A stretch of DNA of 64,000 bases from an uncultured Pseudomonadales bacterium (GCA_964398365.1 CAYNMC010000037.1:7812-71811), one strand, 5' to 3'. Counted from the stretch's first letter, positions 25,272 to 34,902 are shown. Translations and numbers: made by a program. Notes: generated by a model from the sequence alone, not told the origin.

Positions 25272-27054
25272 GAAAAATAAAATTGTAAGGGATTTACCTT
25301 TCAAACCCAATTTAGTTGATTACGAGCAAACTTATAAAAAATTTAAATGGACAGAAGCGAAAAAAGCAATTGATTATTTTGCCGACGGCAGCCTAAATGC
25401 TGCCTATGTGGCGGTAGACAAAAATGCGGCAAACTTTCGAAAAAACAAAATTGCCCTTTATTGGGAATCAGAAACCGGTGAAAAAGAAAAATATACTTTT
25501 TTACAGCTTTCTTTAATTTCTAATCAGGTAGCCAATCTGTTAAAAAAACTAGGGATTAAAAGAAAAGAAAGAGTTTTTATTTTCCTAACCAGAGTTCCAG
25601 AACTTTATTTTTCCTTTTTAGGAATTCTCAAGACTGGAGCTATTGCCGGCACTCTTTTTGCGGCTTTCGGCCCCCAAGCCTTAAAGGATAGACTGCAAAA
25701 TTCCGCTGCCAAAATTTTAATTACCGACCCTCAGCTTTATCCGCGAATTTTAAAAATCCAAAAAGCCTTACCGTCCTTAAAAAAAATTATTTTAATTGAT
25801 GCTTGGAATCGGAAAAACTTTGTAAAAGGTCAAAAATTAATCATTAAAAAAAGCCAACCAAAGACTTTGTGGTTTTATGAGAATTTAAGCAAAGAAGCAG
25901 TTAAGTTTAAAATTGCCCGCACGAGAGAAACCGAGGAAGCTTTTATGCTCTACACTTCGGGGACTACTGGCAAACCCAAAGGCGTAGTTCATTTACACCG
26001 CGCGGTGATTCATGAATGTTTTACGGCAAAATGGGTCTTAGATTTAAAAGACGAAGATGTTTACTGGTGTACGGCTGATCCCGGTTGGGTTACCGGCATC
26101 GCCTATGAAATTTTAGGCTCTTGGGCAGCTGGAGCTTCGACCCTTGTTTATGAAGGACGTTTTGAACCCGCTCGTTGGTATCAATTGATTAACGATTATC
26201 GGGTGAACGTCTGGTATACGGCGCCAACCGCCATTAGGATGTTGGCAGCGGCTGGGTTTGAACTGGTGAAAAAATATGATTTTTCTTGCTTGCGTCACCT
26301 TGCTTCGGTAGGTGAACCTTTAAATCCGGAAGCGGTTTTGTGGGGATTAAAAGCCTTTGGTATTCCCTTTTACGATAATTACTGGCAAACGGAAACCGGG
26401 GGGATTGTCATTGCCAACTATCCTTGTTTACCGATCAAACCGGGTTCCATGGGTAAACCTGTGCCAGGTATCAAAGCCGCCATCGTTGATTCTCAGGGTA
26501 AAAGACTATCTTGCGGCAAAATTGGCAATCTTGCCTTAAAACCCGGCTGGCCAGCAATGATGGCTAAAATTTGGCAACGGCCCAAAAAATACCAAAGTTA
26601 TTTTAAAAACGGCTGGTATTTTACCGGTGATTTGGCTTTTGAAGATAAAGAAGGTTACTTCTGGTTTGTGGGTCGGGCTGACGATGTTATCAAAACCGCA
26701 GGCGAAAGAGTTGGCCCTTTTGAGGTTGAATCTGCGCTGATTGCTTATCCGGGTGTCATTGAGGCTGCGGTAATCGGCAAACCGGATCCTTTGCGAGGCG
26801 AGATTATTAAAGCTTTTGTGGTTTTGGATAAACAACAGAAGGAATTGATTAAAAGTAAACAGGGGAAAGAAAATTTAGCGCTTCGTTTGCAGCAGTTTGT
26901 GAAAAAGGAATTAGCGGGACATGCTTACCCGCGCGAAATAGAATTTGTGGAGAAACTACCCAAAACGCGTTCAGGTAAAATCTTAAGAAGAGTGCTGAAA
27001 GCTCAAGAGTTAGGTTTGCCTGTAGGTGACTTATCAACCTTAGAAGAATATTAG
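25261..27054 (+). CDS. AMP-forming acetyl-/acyl-CoA synthetase
   Basis: YTSGTTGKPKGV, YWQTETGG and a C-terminal PKTRSGKILRR. The ATG at 25261 overlaps the kinase stop codon (ATGATCAATAA). The track start at 25201 is probably too far upstream. Confidence 0.85.
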   Translation: MINKKNKIVRDLPFKPNLVDYEQTYKKFKWTEAKKAIDYFADGSLNAAYVAVDKNAANFRKNKIALYWESETGEKEKYTFLQLSLISNQVANLLKKLGIKRKERVFIFLTRVPELYFSFLGILKTGAIAGTLFAAFGPQALKDRLQNSAAKILITDPQLYPRILKIQKALPSLKKIILIDAWNRKNFVKGQKLIIKKSQPKTLWFYENLSKEAVKFKIARTRETEEAFMLYTSGTTGKPKGVVHLHRAVIHECFTAKWVLDLKDEDVYWCTADPGWVTGIAYEILGSWAAGASTLVYEGRFEPARWYQLINDYRVNVWYTAPTAIRMLAAAGFELVKKYDFSCLRHLASVGEPLNPEAVLWGLKAFGIPFYDNYWQTETGGIVIANYPCLPIKPGSMGKPVPGIKAAIVDSQGKRLSCGKIGNLALKPGWPAMMAKIWQRPKKYQSYFKNGWYFTGDLAFEDKEGYFWFVGRADDVIKTAGERVGPFEVESALIAYPGVIEAAVIGKPDPLRGEIIKAFVVLDKQQKELIKSKQGKENLALRLQQFVKKELAGHAYPREIEFVEKLPKTRSGKILRRVLKAQELGLPVGDLSTLEEY

Positions 27055-27057
27055 TTT

Positions 27058-28779
27058 ATGAAAGATTCAATCAACATCAAAATTGCCGGTAAAGCCGGCG
27101 AAGGCATCAAATCAGTAGGTTTGATCCTTTCAAAAACCTTAATGAAAGCGGGTTTTTGGACCTTTGACTATATCGAGTATCCTTCGCTTATTCGTGGTGG
27201 TCACAATACTTATCAGGTTCATGCTGCCGGTAAACCAGTGTATTCTCAGGTAAAAAACCTTGATTTATTGATTGCTTTAGATGAAGAAAGCCTTCGCTGT
27301 CATCAGCCGGAATTAACCAACACCTCACTGGTTATTTATGATTCGGAAAAAATTAAACTCGAATTTTTAGGAAAACTTACGGGTGTTTATCTAGCCATTC
27401 CCCTGCAGCAGTTAACCAAGGAAAGCGGCGGTCTGCCTGTCATGGCCAATAATACCGCTTTGGGGGCCGTTATTTTTCTTTTGGGAATCGAGCTTCAAAT
27501 TCTCAAAGAGGTTATTGCGCAAATTTTTGCTGATAAAGAACCAAGGGTTATTCAAGAAAATCAAAAAGTAGTTGAAGCAGGTTTTGCCTTTGCTCAAGAG
27601 AAATTTTCTGATAAAAAAATAGCTTTGGTTCAACCCCAAATCAAGGAGGCAAAAATTTTAATTTCAGGCAATGAAGCGGTTGCCTTAGGGGCTATCAGCG
27701 CCGGCATGAAGTTTTATGCCGCCTATCCGATGACACCCACTACGAGCATTCTTCATTATTTAGCGAGTAAAGCCAAAGCTTATCAGTTGCTGGTAAAACA
27801 CGCCGAAGATGAAATCTCTGTCATCAACATGGCAGTGGGAGCGGCTTTTGCGGGCGTAAGAAGCATGGTGGCGACTTCTGGTGGCGGTTTTTGTCTCATG
27901 ACCGAAACTTTAGGTATGAGCGGGATGATGGAGTTGCCCATTGTGGTGGTTGAAGGCATGCGAAGTGGTCCTTCCACTGGCATGCCGACATGGAGTGATC
28001 AAGCTGATTTGAAGTTTGTGATTAACGCCTCTCATGGAGAATTTCCCCGTTTGGTTTTGAGCCCCGGTGATATTGAGGAATGTTTTTATTTAACGCGTCA
28101 GGCTTTTTATTTCAGCGAAAAATACCAATTACCGGTCATTATTTTAATTGATAAATATCTGGCAGAAAGTTTAACCACGATCAAGGCACCAGCCGGCGTT
28201 TGGCAAAATTCAAGATATTCGTTTGCAAACCAACCGATAGGCAAAAACTTCAAGCGTTATTTAAACAGCGAAAACGGTATTTCTTTTCGTTCTTTACCAG
28301 GTTGGCCTGATGGCGAACATCTCGCTAACAGCTACGAACATGATGAATCTGGTTTTGCTACCGAAACAATCGAGATGCGAAAATTAATGGTCGAGAAGAG
28401 ATTAAGGAAATTTGAAACTTTGCGTCAGGAAACTGAGGATTTAAAACCCTTTCAGACTGGCAATGGTAAAAAAATTGGCCTGATATCTTGGGGCAGCAAC
28501 AAAGGACCAATTTTGGAAGCCCTGGCAAATCTTAAAGAAAAAGCCTCCGAAATTAACTTTTTAAATCTTAATCTGCTTTGGCCTTTCCCCAAAAAGGCGC
28601 TTGCGGAATTTACCAAAGACAAGGAGATTTTGCTTGTTTTAGAGGTCAACGCTACCGGCCAACTCGTTAGCCTCATAAGAGAACAACTCGGCCTTGAAAT
28701 TAAGCATAACTTTTTGAAATATGACGGCCGGCCGTTTTATCCCGAAGAAATTGTTGATTATTTGCATAAATTCTTATGA
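27058..28779 (+). CDS. 2-oxoacid:ferredoxin oxidoreductase alpha subunit (gamma-alpha fusion)
   Basis: The N-terminal IKIAGKAGEGIKSVG is a gamma-type domain. It is followed by the alpha domain GNEAVALGAISAGMKFYAAYPMTP. Confidence 0.8.
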   Translation: MKDSINIKIAGKAGEGIKSVGLILSKTLMKAGFWTFDYIEYPSLIRGGHNTYQVHAAGKPVYSQVKNLDLLIALDEESLRCHQPELTNTSLVIYDSEKIKLEFLGKLTGVYLAIPLQQLTKESGGLPVMANNTALGAVIFLLGIELQILKEVIAQIFADKEPRVIQENQKVVEAGFAFAQEKFSDKKIALVQPQIKEAKILISGNEAVALGAISAGMKFYAAYPMTPTTSILHYLASKAKAYQLLVKHAEDEISVINMAVGAAFAGVRSMVATSGGGFCLMTETLGMSGMMELPIVVVEGMRSGPSTGMPTWSDQADLKFVINASHGEFPRLVLSPGDIEECFYLTRQAFYFSEKYQLPVIILIDKYLAESLTTIKAPAGVWQNSRYSFANQPIGKNFKRYLNSENGISFRSLPGWPDGEHLANSYEHDESGFATETIEMRKLMVEKRLRKFETLRQETEDLKPFQTGNGKKIGLISWGSNKGPILEALANLKEKASEINFLNLNLLWPFPKKALAEFTKDKEILLVLEVNATGQLVSLIREQLGLEIKHNFLKYDGRPFYPEEIVDYLHKFL

Positions 28780-29627
28780 TTAATCCTAACGTTTACGAAA
28801 CCGCTATTTCACCTACTTTTTGTCCCGGCTGTGGTAACTGGGGCATTAGTCAAGCCTTAAAAGAAGCCTTAGGCGAACTTCAGTTAGCACCTCACGAAGT
28901 GGTAATTACTTACGATGTGGGTTGTAATGCCAATATGGCAGATTTTATTAAAACTTATGCTTTTCATGGTTTACATGGTCGTTCTGTCCCCGCCGCAGCA
29001 GGTATAAAACTGGCTAATCACCACTTAACCGTTTTAGCGCTCATTGGCGATGGCGGTTTTTATGGGGAAGGAGCTAGTCACTTTCTTTCTTTAATGAGAG
29101 GCAATCATGATTTGACGGTTTTAGTTCATGACAACGAACGCTATAGTTTAACCACTGGTCAGTTCTCCCCGACGACGCCTAAAAGAACGATCACTCCTTC
29201 TACTCCGGAAGGTTCAATTGAGGAAGCGCTTAACCCTTTAGCTTTGGCCTTAATGAACCACGCCACCTTTGTGGCGCGAGGCTTTGCTGGTGACATTCCC
29301 CACTTAAAGAATCTAATTATCAAAGGCATTCAACATGTAGGTTTTTCTTTAATTGAAATTTTACAGCCTTGTGTTATTTGGAACCGACAAAAAACTTATG
29401 ACTGGTATCGAGAAAAAATTTATCAGCTAGAACCCTCCTATCAACCAAATGAACGCTTAAATGCCCTCAAAAAAGCTTTAGAAACGACAAAACTTCCTGT
29501 GGGAATTTTTTATCAAGAAAAAAAGAAAGCTTATCATGAAGAAGTGGCTGCATTAAGGGAAAAACCTTTAAGCCAACAAACCATTGCCACGATCGATATT
29601 GGCGAATTATTAAAAGATTTTAGTTAA
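28776..29627 (+). CDS. 2-oxoacid:ferredoxin oxidoreductase beta subunit (TPP-binding)
   Basis: FCPGCGNWG...IGDGGFYGEG... It overlaps the alpha gene by 4 nt. Confidence 0.8.
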   Translation: MINPNVYETAISPTFCPGCGNWGISQALKEALGELQLAPHEVVITYDVGCNANMADFIKTYAFHGLHGRSVPAAAGIKLANHHLTVLALIGDGGFYGEGASHFLSLMRGNHDLTVLVHDNERYSLTTGQFSPTTPKRTITPSTPEGSIEEALNPLALALMNHATFVARGFAGDIPHLKNLIIKGIQHVGFSLIEILQPCVIWNRQKTYDWYREKIYQLEPSYQPNERLNALKKALETTKLPVGIFYQEKKKAYHEEVAALREKPLSQQTIATIDIGELLKDFS

Positions 29628-29641
29628 AACTTGGCAAGAAG

Positions 29642-30307
29642 ATGTTTCTCGTCAATTTCCTATTTAAAATTTTGACCTCATTGATTATTTTTATTATTAA
29701 CCATTTAAGCTATGGCGGGATTGTGATTGCCATGGCAATCGAATCTGCTTGTATTCCCTTGCCTTCAGAAATTATTATGCCTTTTTCCGGATTTTTGGTG
29801 GCCAAAGGCGTTTTTAATTTTTGGCTAACGGTTTTAAGTGGCGCCATTGGTTGTTTGTTAGGCTCGCTTTTAGCCTTTTTTGTTGGTTTTTATAAAGGTG
29901 AGAAGTTTGTGCGTTTTCTTATCAAAAGGTATGGAAAATATGTGCTTGTTTTTGAGTACGAGCTTGATGAAGCTAAAGAATGGTTTGCCAAACACGGCGA
30001 ATTGATTGCTTTTACTTCCCGTCTTTTACCCGTGATTCGTACCTTTATTTCTTTGCCTGCGGGCATTTCCGGTATGAACTGGAAAACTTTCAGTCTTTAT
30101 ACCTTTATCGGTTCTTTCATTTGGTCGGCAATCTTGGCTTATTTAGGTAAAGTCTTGGGAGATAACTGGCAAAAGCTTGGTAATTATTTCCACAAATTTG
30201 ACGCTTTGATTTTGGTGTTTTTTGTGGCCTTAGCAGTTTTTTATATTTACCACAAGCTTAAAAAACACCATCGCTATCAATTAAAAAATAAAAGTGGCCG
30301 TGGCTAA
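29642..30307 (+). CDS. DedA family membrane protein
   Basis: YGGIVIAMAIESACIPLPSEIIMPFSGFL...RLLPVIRTFISLPAG. Confidence 0.8.
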   Translation: MFLVNFLFKILTSLIIFIINHLSYGGIVIAMAIESACIPLPSEIIMPFSGFLVAKGVFNFWLTVLSGAIGCLLGSLLAFFVGFYKGEKFVRFLIKRYGKYVLVFEYELDEAKEWFAKHGELIAFTSRLLPVIRTFISLPAGISGMNWKTFSLYTFIGSFIWSAILAYLGKVLGDNWQKLGNYFHKFDALILVFFVALAVFYIYHKLKKHHRYQLKNKSGRG

Positions 30308-30928
30308 TTAAAAATACTTTCTAATTACTCCCCTAACCTTGCCTTGAATGGTAACGTTGGTAGCAAAAATAGGTGCCATTTTTGAATTAGCCGGTTCAAG
30401 TCTCACCCGCGTTTCTTCTTTAAAAAAACGCTTTAAAGTGGCCAAGCCGTTATCAAGAAGAGCCACCACAATGTCGCCGTTTTGAATTTCCGGATTTTCC
30501 TCAATCACCACGTAATCACCGTCCAAAATGCCTTCCTCAATTAGACTATCTCCCTTAACCTGTAAAACATATGAACGTCTTCCTTCAGTTAAAAAATTGG
30601 GAGCCACCTGAAGAGTAACGCCTGCTTGAGGATAGGGATCAATTGGTTGACCGGCAGCAATATAACCCAAAACCGGCAAATCAACAGCCCCTCTCCAAGA
30701 AGCATAATTTTTATGAAGGAGCCGGATATTTTTCACTCCCCCTCGCTGATTCTTCTTTAAAATTCCCTTGGCAACCAATTTTTGAATATGCTCGTGAACG
30801 GTCGCCAAAGAAGAAAGACCCACGGCATCGGCTACCTCCCGCAAGGTTGGTGCATAACCATTTTTTTGGATAAATTGGGTAATAAAATCAAGAATTACCC
30901 GCTGGCGTTTATAAAGAGTTACTGGCAT
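30308..30928 (-). CDS. lexA: LexA repressor (S24 peptidase)
   Basis: An N-terminal winged HTH (GYAPTLREVADAVGLSS), the cleavage-site region GYIAAGQP, and the Ser/Lys domain VKGDSLIEEGILDGDYVVI...LKRF. Confidence 0.85.
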   Translation of the reverse strand: MPVTLYKRQRVILDFITQFIQKNGYAPTLREVADAVGLSSLATVHEHIQKLVAKGILKKNQRGGVKNIRLLHKNYASWRGAVDLPVLGYIAAGQPIDPYPQAGVTLQVAPNFLTEGRRSYVLQVKGDSLIEEGILDGDYVVIEENPEIQNGDIVVALLDNGLATLKRFFKEETRVRLEPANSKMAPIFATNVTIQGKVRGVIRKYF

Positions 30929-31014
30929 TATTTGGTTATTTTAAATTTATAATTTGTTTTTAGTTTGGCAAAATTTTGGTTATTTTGTCAACTAGAATTT
31001 AATATAACAAAATG

Positions 31015-31020
31015 TATAAT
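31015..31020 (+). promoter_or_regulatory. -10 box TATAAT, 6 nt upstream of the ATG at 31027 (leaderless geometry)
   Basis: The sequence reads aatgTATAATtaaattATG, with no Shine-Dalgarno sequence. Confidence 0.4.
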
Positions 31021-31026
31021 TAAATT

Positions 31027-32844
31027 ATGTTTAGGAGTTTTTGGCGATTTTTTAATTTTTTTCTTCTTTTTTATTTTTTTTTGCCCACCAAAATTTTAGC
31101 CGCCCCTGAATTTGCCACAAGTTATTATTCTCAATACCAGGTCAATAAAGATGCCTCAGTTTCGGTTGAGCATGAAATTCGCCTCAGAAATCTTCTAGCT
31201 AACCTCTATGTGAGTGAATATAGCATTACCCTTGGTTCCAATCGCTTGGCAGAAATTTGGGTAAGTGACAATTTTGGGAGGCTTGAACACACCGTTGAAA
31301 CTGGTCCCAATTACACTAAAATTTTAGTGAAGTTTAAAGAAAAAGTTGTTGGTAAAAATAAAGAAAATCGACTTAAAATTTCCTATAAAACTTGGGATTT
31401 TGCTTTTCTTAATGGACAAGTTCTAGAAATAGGGATTCCTTCAGTTTTAAAGAAAGAGGATTTGGAAGATTATCAAGTTAATTTAGTGATTCCTCTTGCC
31501 TTTGGCCCGCCTTCTTTTATTCAACCCAAACCCAATTTTGAAAAACAGATAGGCGAAAACAAACTTTATTTTTTTAATAAAGAAAGCTTGTTGAAGTTTA
31601 GCGGCATTTCTGCCGCCTTTGGTGACCTCCAAATTTTTAATTTCAAGTTAACCTATCACCTTGATAATCCCACAAATTTAATGGCAAGCATGGAAATAGC
31701 GCTGCCGCCAGATACGGCCTTCCAGCATGTTTTTTATGAATATCTTAATCCTGCTCCCTTTGCTGTCCGGGTGGATGAGGATGGTAATTGGCTGGCTAGC
31801 TTCAAGTTAAAACCCAAAGAAAAATTGATCATTAATGCTTCCGGCTCGGCCGAACTTTATTTAAGAGAAAAAACCGAACTGATCGAACCGGCACTTTCAG
31901 CAACCCAAAAAGCCAAGTATCTAAGGCCACAAAAATATTGGGAAGTAGATAATCCGGAGATTAAAGATTTAGCGGAAAAACTTAAAACTCCTCAAGCAAT
32001 TTATGATTATTTAGTGAAAAATTTAATTTATGATTATGGCCGCCTGGAAAAAAATTCTTATGAACGCCTAGGAGCTCTCCAAGCTTTACAAAATAAAAGT
32101 TCATTGCTTTGTTTGGAATTTAGCGACCTTTTTGTTACTCTTTCCCGAGCTGCCGGCATTCCCGCCAGAGCCCTCGAAGGTTACAGTTATACCAGCAATC
32201 CACGCTTAAGACCGCTCTCTTTAAATCAAGACATTCTTCATGCTTGGGCCGAATATTATGATGAGCGTAAAAACCTATGGTTGCCGGTTGATCCCACTTG
32301 GGGAAATACTACCGGCGGTTTGGATTTTTTCAGCAAACTTGATCTTAATCATTTTGTTTTTGTTCGTCACGGACTAAAAAGTTATCTCCCGCTTGCTGCC
32401 GGTTCTTATACTTTTAGCGACGAGCCTGAAAAAAAGCAAAAAAATGTCTTTATTGAATTTGGCCAAAAAAAGAAGCATTTAATCAAAGCAGAAATTAGTG
32501 CTCAGTTACCAGAATTTATTTTAGGGGGGTTGATTTTTAAAGAAAAAATTTATCTTAAAAATACCGGTGAAGCTGCTTTTCACAAGGAGAAATTAAGCCT
32601 GAGAATCAATCAACAATTAAAAGAGATTAACCTTGAAGTTTTGCCTCCTTGGGGTACTTATCAGATACCTTTGACTTTTAAAACTGACTGGTTAAAAACT
32701 CAAACTTATCTTATCCATGTTAATTTTAATCAGCAGGAAAAAATTTATCAAATTAAGTCTTTACCCTTTTATCAATTTTTCTGGCAAAAAATTCGCTTTT
32801 TAAAATTAAGGGATTTGTTAAAATTAATTAAGTTAACTGAGTGA
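31027..32844 (+). CDS. secreted transglutaminase-like (Cys-His-Asp) domain protein
   Basis: A signal peptide, then the core LLCLEFSDLFVTLSRAAGIPAR...HAWAEYYD...WLPVDPTWG. Confidence 0.7.
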   Translation: MFRSFWRFFNFFLLFYFFLPTKILAAPEFATSYYSQYQVNKDASVSVEHEIRLRNLLANLYVSEYSITLGSNRLAEIWVSDNFGRLEHTVETGPNYTKILVKFKEKVVGKNKENRLKISYKTWDFAFLNGQVLEIGIPSVLKKEDLEDYQVNLVIPLAFGPPSFIQPKPNFEKQIGENKLYFFNKESLLKFSGISAAFGDLQIFNFKLTYHLDNPTNLMASMEIALPPDTAFQHVFYEYLNPAPFAVRVDEDGNWLASFKLKPKEKLIINASGSAELYLREKTELIEPALSATQKAKYLRPQKYWEVDNPEIKDLAEKLKTPQAIYDYLVKNLIYDYGRLEKNSYERLGALQALQNKSSLLCLEFSDLFVTLSRAAGIPARALEGYSYTSNPRLRPLSLNQDILHAWAEYYDERKNLWLPVDPTWGNTTGGLDFFSKLDLNHFVFVRHGLKSYLPLAAGSYTFSDEPEKKQKNVFIEFGQKKKHLIKAEISAQLPEFILGGLIFKEKIYLKNTGEAAFHKEKLSLRINQQLKEINLEVLPPWGTYQIPLTFKTDWLKTQTYLIHVNFNQQEKIYQIKSLPFYQFFWQKIRFLKLRDLLKLIKLTE

Positions 32845-33254
32845 CCATTATGAAAGATTTTTTAAGGGCGATTTTTGTCAATGGTGTTACCTTAACCCTC
32901 ACTGCCCAAATCTTTCCGGGTTTATCTTATAGTCATGATTTAAAAATTTTATTTTTTACCTCTTTAACTTTCACCCTAATTAACCTTTGTTTGCAACCTC
33001 TTGTCAAGCTTTTGCTTTTACCAATTAACCTCTTAACCCTGGGAATGTTTCGTTGGCTGACAGGGGTCATTTGTTTATTTCTCTTGACAATTTTAGTGCC
33101 TGAAGTAAAAATCCGTTCCTTTACCATGCCGGCATTTTCTCAGGGAGGTTTTGCCACTCCCCAGTTTTATTTCAGCACCCTCATGTCTTTAATCACCGCC
33201 TCTTTTTTGATTTCTTTAATCTCAACTTCTATTAACTGGTTAATTAAAAAATAA
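32841..33254 (+). CDS. small four-TM membrane protein (phage-holin-4/YvlD-like)
   Basis: 137 aa and very hydrophobic, with LLLPINLLTLGMFRWL. The start is GTG at 32841 or ATG at 32850. Confidence 0.4.
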   Translation: MTIMKDFLRAIFVNGVTLTLTAQIFPGLSYSHDLKILFFTSLTFTLINLCLQPLVKLLLLPINLLTLGMFRWLTGVICLFLLTILVPEVKIRSFTMPAFSQGGFATPQFYFSTLMSLITASFLISLISTSINWLIKK

Positions 33255-34586
33255 CTTTTTCCTTTTAATCGTTAAAGACTGGGGGTGGGAGAGAAAAATT
33301 ACCGGTGAATCTTCTAATAAAAATCTTTGAAAATCAAAATATTTTTCTTTGCGTTCCTGTTTGTCAGTTAAACGCCTGCTGTCTTCAAGGATTTTATCCA
33401 CCTTGGGGCTCTTATAACCGGTGAGATTAGTTTCTTGGGTTGAATGCCAAAAACTATATTGATCAGGGTCGGGAGGAATTTGGCTGATAATTAATAAGGT
33501 CTGGAAGTCAAAAGAGATTGTATCGATTAATTTTATTTCTGTCTCGATGCCTAAAATTTCCTGCCAGTTTTTTTTGATTGCTTCTGCCAGTCCCAAAAAA
33601 TTTTCGGTAGTATCAAGAGTAAGTTTCAATTTTTCTACTTCCATTTCCTTTTTGAATTTTTCAAAAAGATTTTTGGCCTGCTCCGGATTGGTTTTGTATG
33701 GTTTAACGTTAGCATTAAAAGCCCAGGAGTGAGGATTTAATGGTCCTATTGCCCGACTTTCGCCTTCAAGTTTGGGAGTGGCATAAGCCAAGGCCTGTCT
33801 TAAATTTTTGTTACCTAAAAATTTATCTCTTAGATTTAAAAAAATGCCAATATACTGATCATAATTTAGTTGCGACTTAATCAATAAATATTTTTCCCAC
33901 TCTGACGTAAAGGGATTCTGATAAAGGTTCCACAATTCATCAACTTCGCCTAATTGAAAAGCTAAAAAGGCTGCAGTTTGATCAGGATAAAATTTAAAGA
34001 GCAAGTTTTTATCAGGACCAACCAAAAGCATTTTCCTAATAAAAGAACCATATTTGTTAATTTTTTTAATTTGATACTGACCCGCCCCGATATAATCCTT
34101 TTTAAAAATAGGTGTAGAAAGTAAGGTAGGAAATGGAGTAAAAGTTTCCTCTAAGCTAAATTTAAGCGTCTTTGAGTTTATAATCTCCATTTTAACACCA
34201 GGCAAATCATATTTAATCTCTTCTGCCTTAATCTCTTTACCATCCTGCCAATAAATATCATCGGCAAGATAAAAGAAATAAGTTTTACCGTCCGGGGTGG
34301 TTTCCCAACGGGAAGCCAAGGAAGGTAAAGGACTGCCATCTTCATCAATTCTTACCAAACCGTTGCTGGCCAGCAATAAAATTGAAGAAGGTAAATCCTC
34401 AAATTGGTAATTACCCACAAGGCCAATTTTCTGGGTGGTTTTTGGGCGCGGTAAATAAGGAAAAATCTTTAAAATCACCAAAAAGAAAATAACGCCACCC
34501 ACTAAGCTTAAAAAAATTGCTTTTTTTTCGCGTTTTAAAAAGACGAAAACAATTAAAAACAAAAGCTTTATTTTTTTAAAAAACAT
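33240..34586 (-). CDS. family-5 (peptide/nickel type) solute-binding protein with an N-terminal anchor
   Basis: SLASRWETTPDGKTYFFYLADDIYWQDGKEIKAEEIKY is typical of SBP_bac_5. Confidence 0.65.
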   Translation of the reverse strand: MFFKKIKLLFLIVFVFLKREKKAIFLSLVGGVIFFLVILKIFPYLPRPKTTQKIGLVGNYQFEDLPSSILLLASNGLVRIDEDGSPLPSLASRWETTPDGKTYFFYLADDIYWQDGKEIKAEEIKYDLPGVKMEIINSKTLKFSLEETFTPFPTLLSTPIFKKDYIGAGQYQIKKINKYGSFIRKMLLVGPDKNLLFKFYPDQTAAFLAFQLGEVDELWNLYQNPFTSEWEKYLLIKSQLNYDQYIGIFLNLRDKFLGNKNLRQALAYATPKLEGESRAIGPLNPHSWAFNANVKPYKTNPEQAKNLFEKFKKEMEVEKLKLTLDTTENFLGLAEAIKKNWQEILGIETEIKLIDTISFDFQTLLIISQIPPDPDQYSFWHSTQETNLTGYKSPKVDKILEDSRRLTDKQERKEKYFDFQRFLLEDSPVIFLSHPQSLTIKRKKLFFN

Positions 34587-34598
34587 TTTTTCGTTTTT

Positions 34599-34814
34599 TT
34601 AACTGATAAAGCTTAAAATTGAAATTGCAAAAAAAAGAAGGGTTAAAACAATTGTCAAGATAAAAAACACTTTCTCAACCCCTCTTTTAGTATGGTAAAA
34701 AGTGGCTTCTGTCCCCCAGGCTCGGCCTAAACCTGTTCCCTTTGCTTGTAATAAAATCACCGTTATCAACAGCAAAGAAATAATAATTTGCGCTAAAGTA
34801 ATTAAATTTTTCAT
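34599..34814 (-). CDS. secG: preprotein translocase subunit SecG
   Basis: 71 aa with two transmembrane segments and ILLQAKGTGLGRAWG. Confidence 0.8.
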   Translation of the reverse strand: MKNLITLAQIIISLLLITVILLQAKGTGLGRAWGTEATFYHTKRGVEKVFFILTIVLTLLFFAISILSFIS

Positions 34815-34888
34815 GGTGACCCCGACGGGAATCGAACCCGTGTTTGTACCTTGAAAGGGTACTGTCCTAACCGTTAGACGACGGGGTC
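34814..34888 (-). tRNA. tRNA-Glu (anticodon TTC), CCA encoded
   Basis: Acceptor GACCCCG/CGGGGTC, anticodon loop CTTTCAA and T-loop TTCGATT. The discriminator is at 34817. The final A of the CCA (34814) is the A of the secG ATG. Confidence 0.9.
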
Positions 34889-34902
34889 TTAAAGGGTTTA
34901 TC

